Assembly (NCBI GenBank): GCA_002633005.1
Contig: NMRA01000425.1
Location: forward strand, 1 to 64,000
Direction of reading: 5' to 3'
Source of the DNA: Phoronis australis
Taxonomy: Eukaryota; Animalia; Phoronida
DNA length: 64,000 nucleotides
The number at the start of each line of letters is the position of its first letter. Position 1 is the first letter of the stretch. The notes under the pieces are model-generated. The model was not told the origin of the DNA. It ran no database searches and saw only the letters and a list, made by a program, of their open reading frames with translations. Of this stretch, positions 12,001 to 23,680 are shown piece by piece. The position numbers and the translations under genes are program-made.

Positions 12001-15000
12001 NNNNNNNNNNNNNNNNNNNNNNNNNNNNNNNNNNNNNNNNNNNNNNNNNNNNNNNNNNNNNNNNNNNNNNNNNNNNNNNNNNNNNNNNNNNNNNNNNNNN
12101 NNNNNNNNNNNNNNNNNNNNNNNNNNNNNNNNNNNNNNNNNNNNNNNNNNNNNNNNNNNNNNNNNNNNNNNNNNNNNNNNNNNNNNNNNNNNNNNNNNNN
12201 NNNNNNNNNNNNNNNNNNNNNNNNNNNNNCCACACAGATTTTACTGGAACAGCCCTAACCGGAAGTCAATGATTTTCTGAACAATTGTAGCACATGCGTT
12301 CTAGTATATTCGTACCGATTTTCAGCCATCTAGGTCGAAAAATGCGGCCGCTACGAGTATTTGACTGTGAAATCGGATACAAAATGGCCGCCACGTCCGC
12401 CATTTTGTATCCGATAATGACCAAAAACAATAGCTTTCTAGCAGTTTCCAATCTACACGTTGTGTGCAAATTTCGTGAAAATCGGACGAAAATTGCGACC
12501 TGTAGAGAGCGAACAAACAAAAAAAACTTGCTGTCAGACCAACATACTTGGCGGAAGAATTCCGCCAAGTAATAATTGCTGTCAAGACACCTACAAAACC
12601 TTGGCAAGTTAGTGAGGTGTTACCATAGTTTTTGCTCGTTACTGTTTTCAAGACTGTTGAGGGATTCATTACATCAACTAACAACTAACTCATTGAGAGG
12701 ACCATCGCACTATGAAAACCGTAAGTGATCTGGCAAGCGTTGTTTTGTATTTCAATACTTTTAGCTATGGGCAGTTGTATTCTATCGTGTACTAAGTTCA
12801 GATTGAACAAAATTTATCTGCGCAACATTCTCTTGTCGCTTTTTTCTCAGTTTCCTTAATTGTTGCAGTTGATGCTCTCAGAATGGATGATGGAGGTGCC
12901 TATTGATTTCACAGATGAATGGCTGATGGTTGCTTGTCCTGTAGGAAAGAGGGCGCTAGTAGTGGCATCTCGGGTAAGCCAAGGCTTCTTTAACTGAAGG
13001 TTGCTTGGAAGTGAGCCACACACTCAAGCCACACACTGTATACTGCCCCCTATTGCTGTTTTATAGAATTGGCTGCTTTGGAGTGTTGCTAGACACAGTG
13101 ACCATCTAGATAACAAGTGACTTTTGAACTTAAATTGCCTGTTCATTGTTGCTTGAGGTCATGGTCAGTGCATAAAATCGTGCTCTTTCAATAAGAAGTT
13201 GTCCATTTCTGTGTGACGCTATCATGTAGGAATAGCTATTCATATATGCATTGTAACACCGTACGGAAAATGACGAATAGTATTGTATCGAGTGAGCATG
13301 CACAAAATGACCCTCCAGGTCAAGCAAACTTACCGAGTAATGTTTGAGCCTTAGCAGACTGTCACTTTTCCTTAGACTAGAATTCATTCATATCTAATCA
13401 TTTCGCTGAGAGCTGGGCGATTGCAGATTTAGGTTTGTATCCCGTTGGAGTACTCGCTATTAGTATTTGGATGGAATTGTAATCTCTATTAAATTATTAA
13501 ATGAATTCAGTTCTTTTAACTAGGGCAAGACGCATAATTACACTAAAAGTGGTTATCGTGTGAACAGCTTCCCTTCACATCTCCCAGGTGGCAGCAGGAG
13601 TCAGTTGGGCCCTGGCAGTATGTCAACAGGTATATCTCGTACTATTGAGCTTATGGCTTAAAGTTTATATTTTGTTCTAATCTGTGGCAATGTGACACTG
13701 ATTGCTTTAGATATGAATGCGTGCCAATGTTGAGGTCTAAACTTTTACCAGAAGAAATCAGCTGTCAGAAATGAATACTGCAACATTTCGTGCAAAGTCA
13801 TCAAGTCCTGATTATTAGGCAAATTCTTAGCCTAAAAGACATTGAAAGAATTTAGCAATCGCGATTCTATGGTAAGTAAAATGAAAAAAAGATTTTCAAG
13901 TTTTGTGTGAAAAGCAATATCCACAAAAATTGCATTTGTTGGAAAAAATATGTTCACCAGACTGCACTATGTGAGCTTTGTTTTTTATGCACACAACGTC
14001 TTAATCATCAATGATTTTCAAAATATATGGTTTGATGACTTAAAAAATTAGCATTTAAAAGATAATTACATTTTAGAAACTTGATCCTTGCTGTTAACAA
14101 CAGGCACGTAGTAAGATAAAGCAACCATGAACGCATTTCGTGTGATGAAATCAAGTTTTGATCCAGACCTGACCTCCTTCCGCCATGAAAATGATCTCAT
14201 TGAATATTTCCTTAAACAAAAGTGGTTTGATTTCATGGAGTAGAAAGAACTAACATCTTGTTATTGCTTTAGGTTAGGCTCTACCAGTTAACTTGTCATT
14301 TGATTCACTGAACATGGTCCCAAGCAATAACGAAGGCTTAGTTCTTTGAAAGACCAGAAATCACATTACATCTGAGTACGAAACAAGTTGAGACGTTTTT
14401 ATAGTGGTCAGTGCTCTATATCAAAAATAACTTCCATGTAACTTTAAAGTCAAGTGTGACAACTCAATCAAGACGTTGTGCTAGGTTAGCAGGTCCTGTG
14501 TTCAAGTCTCGGTTGGGGCAGAAATCTTTTCAGACTTCTTTGTAGGTCATTTGACGTGGCCAGCAGGTGGCGTGCTGACCCCACTTAGAAATGTTTACGT
14601 TATACATTTCCACGCTAGTTTAAGGTTTATAGAGAGCAAGCCATGGTCTATTGCACATGCATTTTGATTTGTTGCAAAACTTCATGAAAGAAAGGAACAA
14701 TAAGTTGAAACTGCATTTGGTTAGCACCCCTATCAGGGGTACAAGTTGTTGTTTTGTTACGCATTACAGACAGCACCATTTTGGACTGTATATACTGTGA
14801 AAAAGAAAGTACTTTCTTTGTTCTGGACGTCATGTGTTGGAACGGTCATCCAGTTATGGACAGTGAGGTAAGCTATGCAGTAACTGTTCTTTGCTTATTT
14901 CTTTGTTTATTTGTTGCGAAGTGGTGGTATCTGTTTGTTGTTACACATTTTATCAAATCATTGACAACTTGCATTTTAGTTAAATGCATAAGCTGTTCCA

Positions 15001-16964
15001 CAGTGCGTCACTGCACGTGAGGAAAGTAATCGGACACAATACCATCACGACGGCTAATGGCGCTAACAGCAAGAACTTGTAATGCCTATTAGAGCGACTA
15101 AATTCTAATTGAAGAATGGATCAACCACCTTGCTAACTTTTGTCTTGATTCTCCCTCACTCTCGGCCAGAAGGAAATCTACTCTGACGATGAACTTGGCT
15201 TCTGCACAGCTGTCATGGCAGGGTCTTCTGCACAGCCGTCATGGCAGGGTCTTCTGCACAGCCGTCATGGCAGGGTCTTCTGGATTGTTTCATCTGATTA
15301 CTTTTGGCTTGTTCTGTACTACAGATTTCTTTGATGACATCACTCGAATTCTTGGTGTTGGTCTTATATAGCATGCTAAGTTATTACTTGACAGAATATT
15401 CTTGGACATCATACAAAAAGATTTATTGTTAGTGGATTATTGTTTGATAATTTCTGGGCTTTTCTTCAGACAGAGTTCAGGTTTTTCTGGATGCTCTCAA
15501 AATTGCAAGAGTGCCCCGAGGCCAGTAGCCAGTCATCAGTGAATCCAGTAAGTACAATTAAATTAATTTAATTTAATCTAGTTTCAGGGTGGAGTATTAT
15601 CTTTATCAATTAAACTCCATGCTGAAGTTGGTAGATTTGGCATATGGTGGTGATGCCATTTTTCAAATGCATTGTTGGATGGTTGACAGCAGTTAAACAT
15701 CCGGTAACGCAATCAATAACTTGTGGATTTGTCACTCAACTCACAATTTGCGTTTTAGTTGGCGAAATTTCACTTCAGTGTGTTTGGATGACTCATGCTT
15801 TGATAATCCTTTACTTAAAAGACTTTCTGATCTACTGTCTGTTGCATTTTCAAGCTCGTTTTCAATCTTTTTAAGACAGTGTTCTTTAATGGTGAGTTTG
15901 TGGTGCTCACAATAAAAAAGCTTTGTACAGAAGACTCGTGCTTTCAATTCTGATGCACCAAAATGACAACTGTTACAGTATAGTAACTGTCATATTTGTC
16001 TTCATGTTGTTTGCACGTCACCAAGTTATCTGTGATGTCATTGGACGGCCAACAGCAGTCCGACTATGCATTTAAAAACATCAGCAGTGCCGCAGATGAA
16101 ATCCCTGGAATTATTCTAAAATTTATTTCTAAGTGGCTTTATTGTGTTACTGCTGTATACTAGAGACTAATTAAATGTAAATTGCTGTGAGATCAGTATC
16201 CTTAATGTTATTCATACTCAATGTTCCCTTTTTGTTTACAGTATAAATTTGTCCCTTTAATGAGTTGTCCATGTTCACAAGATCTCATGTCACAAGTACT
16301 CAACTCGGATTTGCCATACGAGGTATGTAAAATGTCTCTAAGAATATGCCCAAATTTGGTAACAAATCAAATTATTTTCAAGGTCATTATTGCTGAACTG
16401 TGATCTGCTAACAGTAAATAGTGAACTGGGTGACGTGTAAATAGTGAAGTGGGTGACGTGTAAAACATTTTTTTTCTTTTAAAGTGATTAAAAACTTAAG
16501 CCTTAAACTGGTTTCATGATACAGGACCGAGAAATCTGTCAGGTTTGCATCAACACCAAGTAGAATAATTGAAATTGTTGTTCAAAACACTTGCAAGGCA
16601 ACTATGTGCACACGAACTGGAAACTCACCTACAAAGTTTCATGTCTCACTACTTTTTACAGCTGGACGGAATACTTTTCTATCACAAACGGACTCATTAC
16701 CTATTCGGTGTAACCCCCCTTGTACTGTGGCTGAAAGCATACATGGTACCGGAGCTGCTTGGGATCAAAGTTCACAATAAGTATATGCAGGATATACCAT
16801 CAACGTATACATGTTTTGGTGCTCACATTGAACAAGTGAAGCGAGACAAAGAAGAAAATAAAACAGAGAAGACTAGGAGGAATCCAAAGGTCAAAAATGG
16901 ATCTGACAAAATGGACACAACACACACTGATTCAGTTCCTTTTAAAGAAGGCTGGGAGAGCTGA
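9039..16964 (+). CDS. SNUPN: Snurportin-1 (m3G-cap snRNP import adaptor); coding exons 9039-9199, 10166-10316, 12869-12973, 13524-13629, 14770-14867, 15470-15547, 16242-16322, 16662-16964; 360 aa
   Basis: All introns GT-AG with consistent phases (1083 nt in total); N-terminal IBB-like [44 protein letters not shown], then [61 protein letters not shown]. Confidence 0.96.
9560..9622 (-). mobile_element. tRNA-derived SINE head in SNUPN intron 1
   Basis: Minus strand reads GGCAGTGTGGCCTGGTTGATAAG...GTCGTGGGTTCAAGTCCCACC with A- and B-box-like motifs; no convincing full cloverleaf. Confidence 0.55.
10873..12575. mobile_element. Non-autonomous Helentron/HINE-like repeat with internal tandem duplications, in SNUPN intron 2
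   Basis: Subterminal CTTGGCGGAA near 10902 and terminal hairpin CTTGGCGGAAGAATTCCGCCAAG at ~12548-12570; internal ~250-bp duplication (10973-11230 vs 11232-11480); repeated CCGCCATCTT/AAAATGGCCGCC motifs; spans an N gap. Confidence 0.4.
15203..15281. repeat. 26-bp tandem repeat x3 (CTGCACAGCCGTCATGGCAGGGTCTT)
   Basis: Visible direct repeats in SNUPN intron 5. Confidence 0.9.
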
Positions 16965-17795
16965 ACTGAGGAACTTAGAAGTGTTTTTAGGACCGGTTTT
17001 CAACATAATTCTACTGGTTCTCATTGATTTTCAAAAAAAATACAAATTTCTGGGTGTTCAATGGCATGTTTCACTAAGATGTCGTAATTAAGCTACACTG
17101 TTTATGCAGCATAACCTGTGACTACGACCAGTCATTAGTTGTGGTGTAAGCTTCCATGTAAATTTTTATCAGAAACATTTAGTTTCTTCATTTTAGTGAA
17201 ACAGGTTCCTGGTTTCGTAGAAACTCGAACTTGCATCGTAACATTAAAACAACATGTTTTTTCTCAAAATCGTTGTGCCTGTATTTTGGTACATATGTTT
17301 AAGCTTCATATACATTACATGTCACAGGCGGCAATCTTTGGCCATCTTTAGTATATTTGCATGTCTAGCAAAAAGAAAATGTTATTAGTAGATACCAACT
17401 TGAATGTCTGGTTAGATTTTCAATTTTGTATCAGTGATAAGTCAAGTTTCACTTACATGCTATTTTAAAAAGTTGCTGTTCACTCAAGAGATACAGGGAC
17501 AGACATATGCGCTTCATTCCAGATAAAGCCTACTTTGACATACATGTGCTTGCATTAAAATATTTGCAAATGGTAAGCAAGGAAAAGAATAACGATTAAA
17601 TTTAGTGCTTTCTACGGAAGAAACAGGCCTTGGTGCAGTGCACTTACCCTTATAATACTGATCTCTTCCTGTACCATACTCTATTTACAAGTACTCTATG
17701 GGCTTAAAGGCGAAGGCAACCTATTTATGAGTAATCTATGGGGTTAAGAGGAATTGAAGGTCATTAAAATTTTCTGACCAAGTTCCCACGGATGG

Positions 17796-18420
17796 TGTGT
17801 AGCCTTTCTATGTGTCATCCGGGTATTATCTTTTATGGATGAGAATAGTATTTATGTTGAAGTTATGAGCTACAAAACAGTAAAATATGTTGTGTTTTTT
17901 GATTATATGTTTCGAGTGGAAAAGACGTGTCTGTGTAGTTGCCGTTTTGTAATTCAAAACTTTGCTGAATGTTGACATTGTCCAGTTCGATTTGGAAGCA
18001 CACTGTAATTTATTGACCGATCTCTGTTACATACTTGCTACACTCTCTGCTTCACTGCTTGTTGTGGAACTGTCAACCGTCGTGAAATATCAAATAGCTT
18101 TTTAACTGGACATTTTTACCTGTAAAAGTACACATTTGCCCATTCATAGATGACTGAGCAATCTTGAAATTGCCTGAAACGTGAATTTTCTTTAAAAAAT
18201 ACCTTTCAAGCAGATCCTGGCAAATCTACTTCTTGACCATGCTAACGCAAGAGTTTTTCATTTTAAAAATTACAAAAATTTCTAAAAGAAATCATCAAAT
18301 TCACTATTATCAGTGCATAATTGCCGTTGTTTTGTTGACATCAAAGGTCAAAATCACATTTTCCATATAAAGGAAACGTGCTACGTTTATATTTTGCAAT
18401 TGACCAAGCGTAAGCTCCGC
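17796..18420. repeat. Interspersed repeat fragment; homologous to ~36459-37020 and, inverted and partial, to ~26500-26625
   Basis: Shared blocks such as CTATGTGTCATCCGGG, GAAAAGACGTGTC and TTGTTTTGTTGACATCAAAGG. Confidence 0.6.
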
Positions 18421-19414
18421 CTCCTTGCGTAATGTCGACTAACAAACAATAAGTTTTACCCGGCAACGTGTAGGCGGCTTGGAAACGAAGGTGTGTCAAT
18501 AATGTTGCGTTCTAAATGGCCACTTAAGCCGTCACTCAAAATCCTGACGATTGGTCAATACCAAACAAGGTATTGCATTGGGTTGCCACTTTAATTCATG
18601 CCACAAAATGTCTCGTAACATTTTTAAACCACGTGGCCGCCACTTGCTTGAAGTGAGTCATTTTCAACTTGAGCATAACTTCCGGAAGAAAAAACAGTAG
18701 TAGATTTCTTATTTGAAAAATATTCATTTTTTGTTAGTGGTTGGAATTTTTGTGTCCCAAATTATTTACCCTCAAATAATTGATTAACTAATTAACTTCC
18801 CTTTTGAATCACCATAAAGGTTTGACTGCCATTATACCCGTCGGTCGACAGTAAAACAAAAAAATAGAAAAATACTCGGACATGACCGTGTAATATATGT
18901 GCATAATTTACGTCGCAAATCAACACTGGCACTTAAGAGAAGCCGGTGTCTCAAACTGGTAACAGTGTCAAAAATGGAAAGCATTGAAGTGGCTCCTAAA
19001 CACTCAAGTGTGTCATAGAATTACATTCAACTGGAGTCAATCCAGTCAACTTAGACATTTTGGGCACCAATAACGTTTTTAAAGCCTGCAATGCCCAGTA
19101 ATGAAAATTGTGGTTGAAAATTGATACAGTATAAGACTTCACGAAGATTGAAAATTCCCTGGATGTTGTTTTTGGGAAATCAATAGTATCGTTGATTTTC
19201 TCCGTAGAGAGAAACTTACCGGAAATAAAATGTTCATCTAAAATTAACCAATGAAAAATACAACACAATAATTATATTCAAGCATAAAAATTTATTAACT
19301 TTCAAGTTTGAATGGTCGTTTTAACGACCATAGTTAAAAATAGCATCTAAATTTAATCAGTGCTTTTCAATATTCTTAATTGCATGTAGCTTAAGCCGTG
19401 TCATGGGCACCGTG

Positions 19415-21784
19415 CTATTTTGACTTAAGTTCACATATGTAACGTGCTTTGTCGCTACAGCCCTTGATTTCCATGTTCTGGGTACTGGGATTGAAAACCT
19501 CGCATGCTGCATCTGAAAGAGACAACAGTCACGTGGTATGAGTAATACAGTAACAGTCAGAAGATAGAGTTGCCCCTTACTTACTTGAAAACACCGCAAT
19601 TCATTGTTAGTGAAAGAAATTTGTTGTTTGAAATGATAAATATAATTAAAGAAACACAATTTTGGTGCGGGCTTAGTATTTTGTGTTTTGCCTCAAACAA
19701 AACTTCGAGTGCAATAGAGTGTCTGTGATTTTTGACCTCAGTGGCACTAATGTTAATTTCATTCAGACAGTTGCATGTACTTGGCACATGCAGGGAGACA
19801 GGTTCCAACTTCTTCGGAAACGATCAAAATCAAATCAGTCGACATACCATTTGACTGGGGTTTGTAGGGTTTATGCGTCCCCCATTTTTCGTCAGAAATG
19901 TGTGATCCCCTTACATCTAAACGCGATCCGGCACCAGTAAAATACGGAACATGAAGTTCATTACAGAATCAATTATTTATACGCCAGGTTCTCAAAAACC
20001 ATAAACGCATGACTGCTATGTAAGTTGATGTACACTTCACGTGTCTCATAAACGAGGATTTTGAACGTGAAGTTAATTCCACAACGCAGTGGTAATGTAT
20101 AGTGAACAATTTAGCAATTTGTAATCAGTACAGAGGGAACTTCTTGTCCAATGACTACACTTAAAAGATACAACTAAACGTACATGATCCGTTTATTTAA
20201 AAACACAGCTTTATTTTAAATGAACAATACTACTACAGTTTGTTACACAGTGTTCATATTTAAATATTCAGCAACAAGGCCGACAATCTATAGGAGTCAA
20301 ATTTTGAAACGAGGAAAATAGTAAATTCTTACCAACAACGCTCCACACCTCAACGTCGGTCCATTTAATTTCCTTTCCACAGCCCGCGAGTGTGCCGCTG
20401 TAGGTGGATTTACTGCAGTAGCCGTTAGACGGGAAGTACTTGTTGGAGCTGTCATACGAGATGCTACCACTGAAGAACTTCAGGTCGTAACCCCCGCCAA
20501 ATGCTGGACCATGCTTGTACTCATCGTACATACCGTACACTTGATATCCGCTCTTCAGGCGGTAACTGGCCGATGTACATCCTTGTCTACACAGCTGAAA
20601 CACGAATGTGTTGTTGTCGTACTTGTAAAAATCGACACTTGTCCAGGAGAGAGAGGTATAACCACCGAACGTGGTTCCGCTCGTTGAATCTTTCCCAATA
20701 GAGATGGTTGGGCCCTTGTTGTTGCATCTGCTGTGAAATACTGAAGCGTTCATTCCATCACGTGATGCCCGGTACAGGAGCTTGAATGTCTTTCCCGGGA
20801 ACCATTCTCTCAGCAAAGCTGCGTGGGCTTTAGTTAACAGGCTTGAACAAAGAATGGCTCCCATGTCTGAAATTCAAACGTATCTTAGGTGTATCATTCG
20901 TGTTCAGTCCAAAGTGATAGTGCAATTTTCGCTATTGGAATTATATCTTAACAACCAAAATGGTAGTACGCGAAGTATTAGTTTACACCATTTTTGTGAA
21001 ATGAACAGCCAAAAACGGTTCCACAATTAAACGTGAAACCTGAGGAGATTATTCCTCAACGAAACGAACGTAAGTAAAAATGTTACGCTTAAAAACAACA
21101 GTTACTTGTCTGAATGAAGCCTAAAATAGCATAGTGTATACAGCTAGTTGAAAGATGATGGGATTTTGAACTAAGCACATGTGTTAACTAGGTGGCCATG
21201 CATCTTCTGGAGTCGAATATTTCTTTAACTAGAATGCTTCTCAAAATTTGACAATGAACGCCATTGGCATTAATACCTTTTCCCATATCTTTACTTTCAG
21301 CCCATATGGTGTCGCCAATTTTCAACGATTCTTGACCAAGGAGAGATCTCAAGCGGTGAGAGTCCATAGAGACTAAATGAGAATTATCTTCAAGGCATTT
21401 TCGTCTCGCTGTTTCCCAATTCACTGAATCGTTGCTCAGTTTGAAACAGGAATGTCCAAAGTAACGATATTGACTCGGGCAGTATTGTTTACATAGATTG
21501 CGTTCGAGTGAAGACGACGACATTTCGCGCTGGAGTATAACTTCCTGAAGTAATTCGGTAGCATATGGAAAAGTATTAAGGAAGTTTTCAAGTTCCGTGT
21601 GAAAATGATTCACGATTTTTAGAACGGCCGATTGGAAATTCCGATTGTTTTTTTCTTCCTCTTTCAGTAAAGAGATGACGGAGTCTTCGATAACACATCC
21701 CTTCTCCACAGGCGAAGCCGCTTGGAGACACGTGACTTCATGACACAGCACAACGATCGTAAGTAGGAGATTAGCTCTGGACAT
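19415..21784 (-). CDS. Copy 1: secreted C-type-lectin-domain protein with an inserted TLDc domain; exons 21784-21277, 20866-20333, 19512-19415; 379 aa
   Basis: Hydrophobic leader MSRANLLLTIVVLCHEVTC; CTLD N-half CPSQYRYFGHSCFKL..WETARRKC..HLVSM..IWAES; phase-1 GT-AG splice into TLDc (FKLLYRASRDG..FHSRCNNKGPT..FGGY..GPAFGGG.DL..DVEVW); phase-1 splice into DAACEVFNPSTQNMEIKGCSDKARYICELKSK*. Confidence 0.85.
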
Positions 21785-23099
21785 TTTGCTTACAAGTATA
21801 GGCCTATCTAACGAACATGTATGAGGAGACGTTTCAGTACAACACTTAGGAGCAGCAAATGACTTCAACCTTAGATCATCATTCGAGCTTGTGAAAATGA
21901 TGCAATAGTAACACACTTTTATAAGTTTCTGATTAGTACACCATCTCGTAATAAGGAGATGTTTTTTACTTTGGACGGATGCATTGAGATTAGATAAATT
22001 CATGAACAATGTGAAGTGTTTGGCTGCCAAATACAGCTGTAGGCATACACGCATGTTTGATGATATATATGCAAGCAAACCAATGAGGAAAGGGATGTTA
22101 ACAGATACGCCTGATCTATGAAGATATCCCCGCACCTCCAAGTAAGTCACATTGTGGTGTCGACTAACATCGGGATGCTGATTTCCATATTCCATCTGAC
22201 TGCAGAGGATTCTGAAAGGAGTCCTGGCATTTCGTAAAGAAGCCCAACGTAAACGCATGCGTGCGATGTGACACGTATGTTTAACGCATTCATACTTAAT
22301 GGTTGCCTCGATAACTGTGTAAGAATGATAAAAGAGTGCCTTGGAACAGTAAAGATACTCATGAAAACATGGGAATCAAAAATGCAAAGCAAACAACGTG
22401 TTAGCTGAACATACGTGAACACATGTATGTAAAACTTATTTTAAAGGCGTGAGAACCAGCACGGCATTCTTGATTACAACATCATGAGGCCAAAATTGAA
22501 CTATTTTAAAAATATAACACGAACAAAATGTTTTAAAACCATGTTTTTCGTCTGTGCTATATTTTTGCGCAAGTAAGACGTTTACTACGCAAGCCAACAC
22601 CTGCGTGTGATTACCAAATGCCACCTGACTAGAACGACGTCTTTCGTGGAAATGCAATTGTTGGAAGTGTATAAACTGCATGCTTATGAAATGGACAATA
22701 TTACAAAGAAGACTACGGATAGCCATAAAATGAGTAAAGTTTAAAACACCATAATTTGTTAAATTGATAAGAATCAACCAAGAAAAAGTTATTATTAGTT
22801 TAATTAATTCAAATTGTTATGGACTTTCAACATGGCGGCTTGTCCTGAGACGTGTTTGTGAACACTGCTGTCATTTTATCCTCGAAGCCTGTATTGAAAA
22901 ACCAAACATTGAAAGTACCCCAGCTGTATCAAGCAAAAGTGCACCTGCAGCAACCAACGCAAGCAATAGAGGGCGCCGTACATAGAGGAGTCAGTCTAGT
23001 GAGAAGTTTAAAGTTGCCATTATTAGATATATGCGCTAGGAAGATGTTTAAAGATTTTCTGGATGAATTAAAAGGTTCGTAAAATCTTCAATACCCTCA

Positions 23100-23260
23100 A
23101 GCTCAAGTTTCACAAAGATTCAACGTGTCCAGCAAGAACTAGTCCCTCAGAAACAAGCAGATGAATCACTGGAGAAAGAGCTTGACCACTTGGTTCAGTA
23201 CCATCGGCGAAATTCTTTCGTGGTAAGCAGTATCCCTGAAACAGGTGACATTATTTTAGC
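23100..23260 (+). mobile_element. Remnant of a CR1/L2-type LINE ORF1 (second copy at ~29170-29325)
   Basis: LEKELDHLVQYHRRNSFVVSSIPET resembles the LEQYSRRNNLxIxGIPE motif after the coiled coil of LINE ORF1 proteins. Confidence 0.45.
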
Positions 23261-23499
23261 ACGTGCTAGTACGAAGGGATCCAATGTTACCCAGGCAATC
23301 AAGGTACTAACAAGGAGTGGACATCATGGCAAAATTTACGAATTATTAGCCTATGCTCATGCCAACTTTATATTATTCTGCCATAGAACGCGAAAAACAA
23401 GACTAAGTTGCATTCTCATGATGCCAAAGCACTTTCGTATGGAGGCCCATTAATTAGTGCCAGGAAAGGTAAAACTGGAATCTGCTAATGTATAATACC

Positions 23500-23680
23500 G
23501 ATTGTCAATCTTTTAATACAGATTGGCAATCTGTCGTACGGATTGGCAATATGTTAATACGGATTGCCAATATGTTAATACGGATTGCCAATATGTTAAT
23601 ACGGATTGTTGATCCGTTAATACAGATTGTCAATCTGTTGTTTTGAATTGTCAATCTGGAAATTACGGCAATCTGTTGGT
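23500..23680. repeat. 21-bp minisatellite (GATTGCCAATATGTTAATACG-like); the copy at 29562-29700 has fewer units
   Basis: Visible tandem units. Confidence 0.85.

Noticed and set aside
10162-12280. ORFs containing long X runs
   Set aside because: Artefacts of N gaps at 10353-10538 and 11946-12229
20268-20864. Stand-alone intronless TLDc or IFI44-like gene (also 38659-39246 and 62993-63508)
   Set aside because: Bounded by conserved phase-1 splice sites; copy 4 lacks the Met; tails after the donor are unrelated; no IFI44 GTPase-like domain follows
21188-22258. 356-aa single-exon ORF as listed in the ORF track
   Set aside because: The first ~158 aa are not conserved in paralogues; the signal peptide and paralogue alignment place the start at 21784, and the 3' end runs past a conserved splice donor
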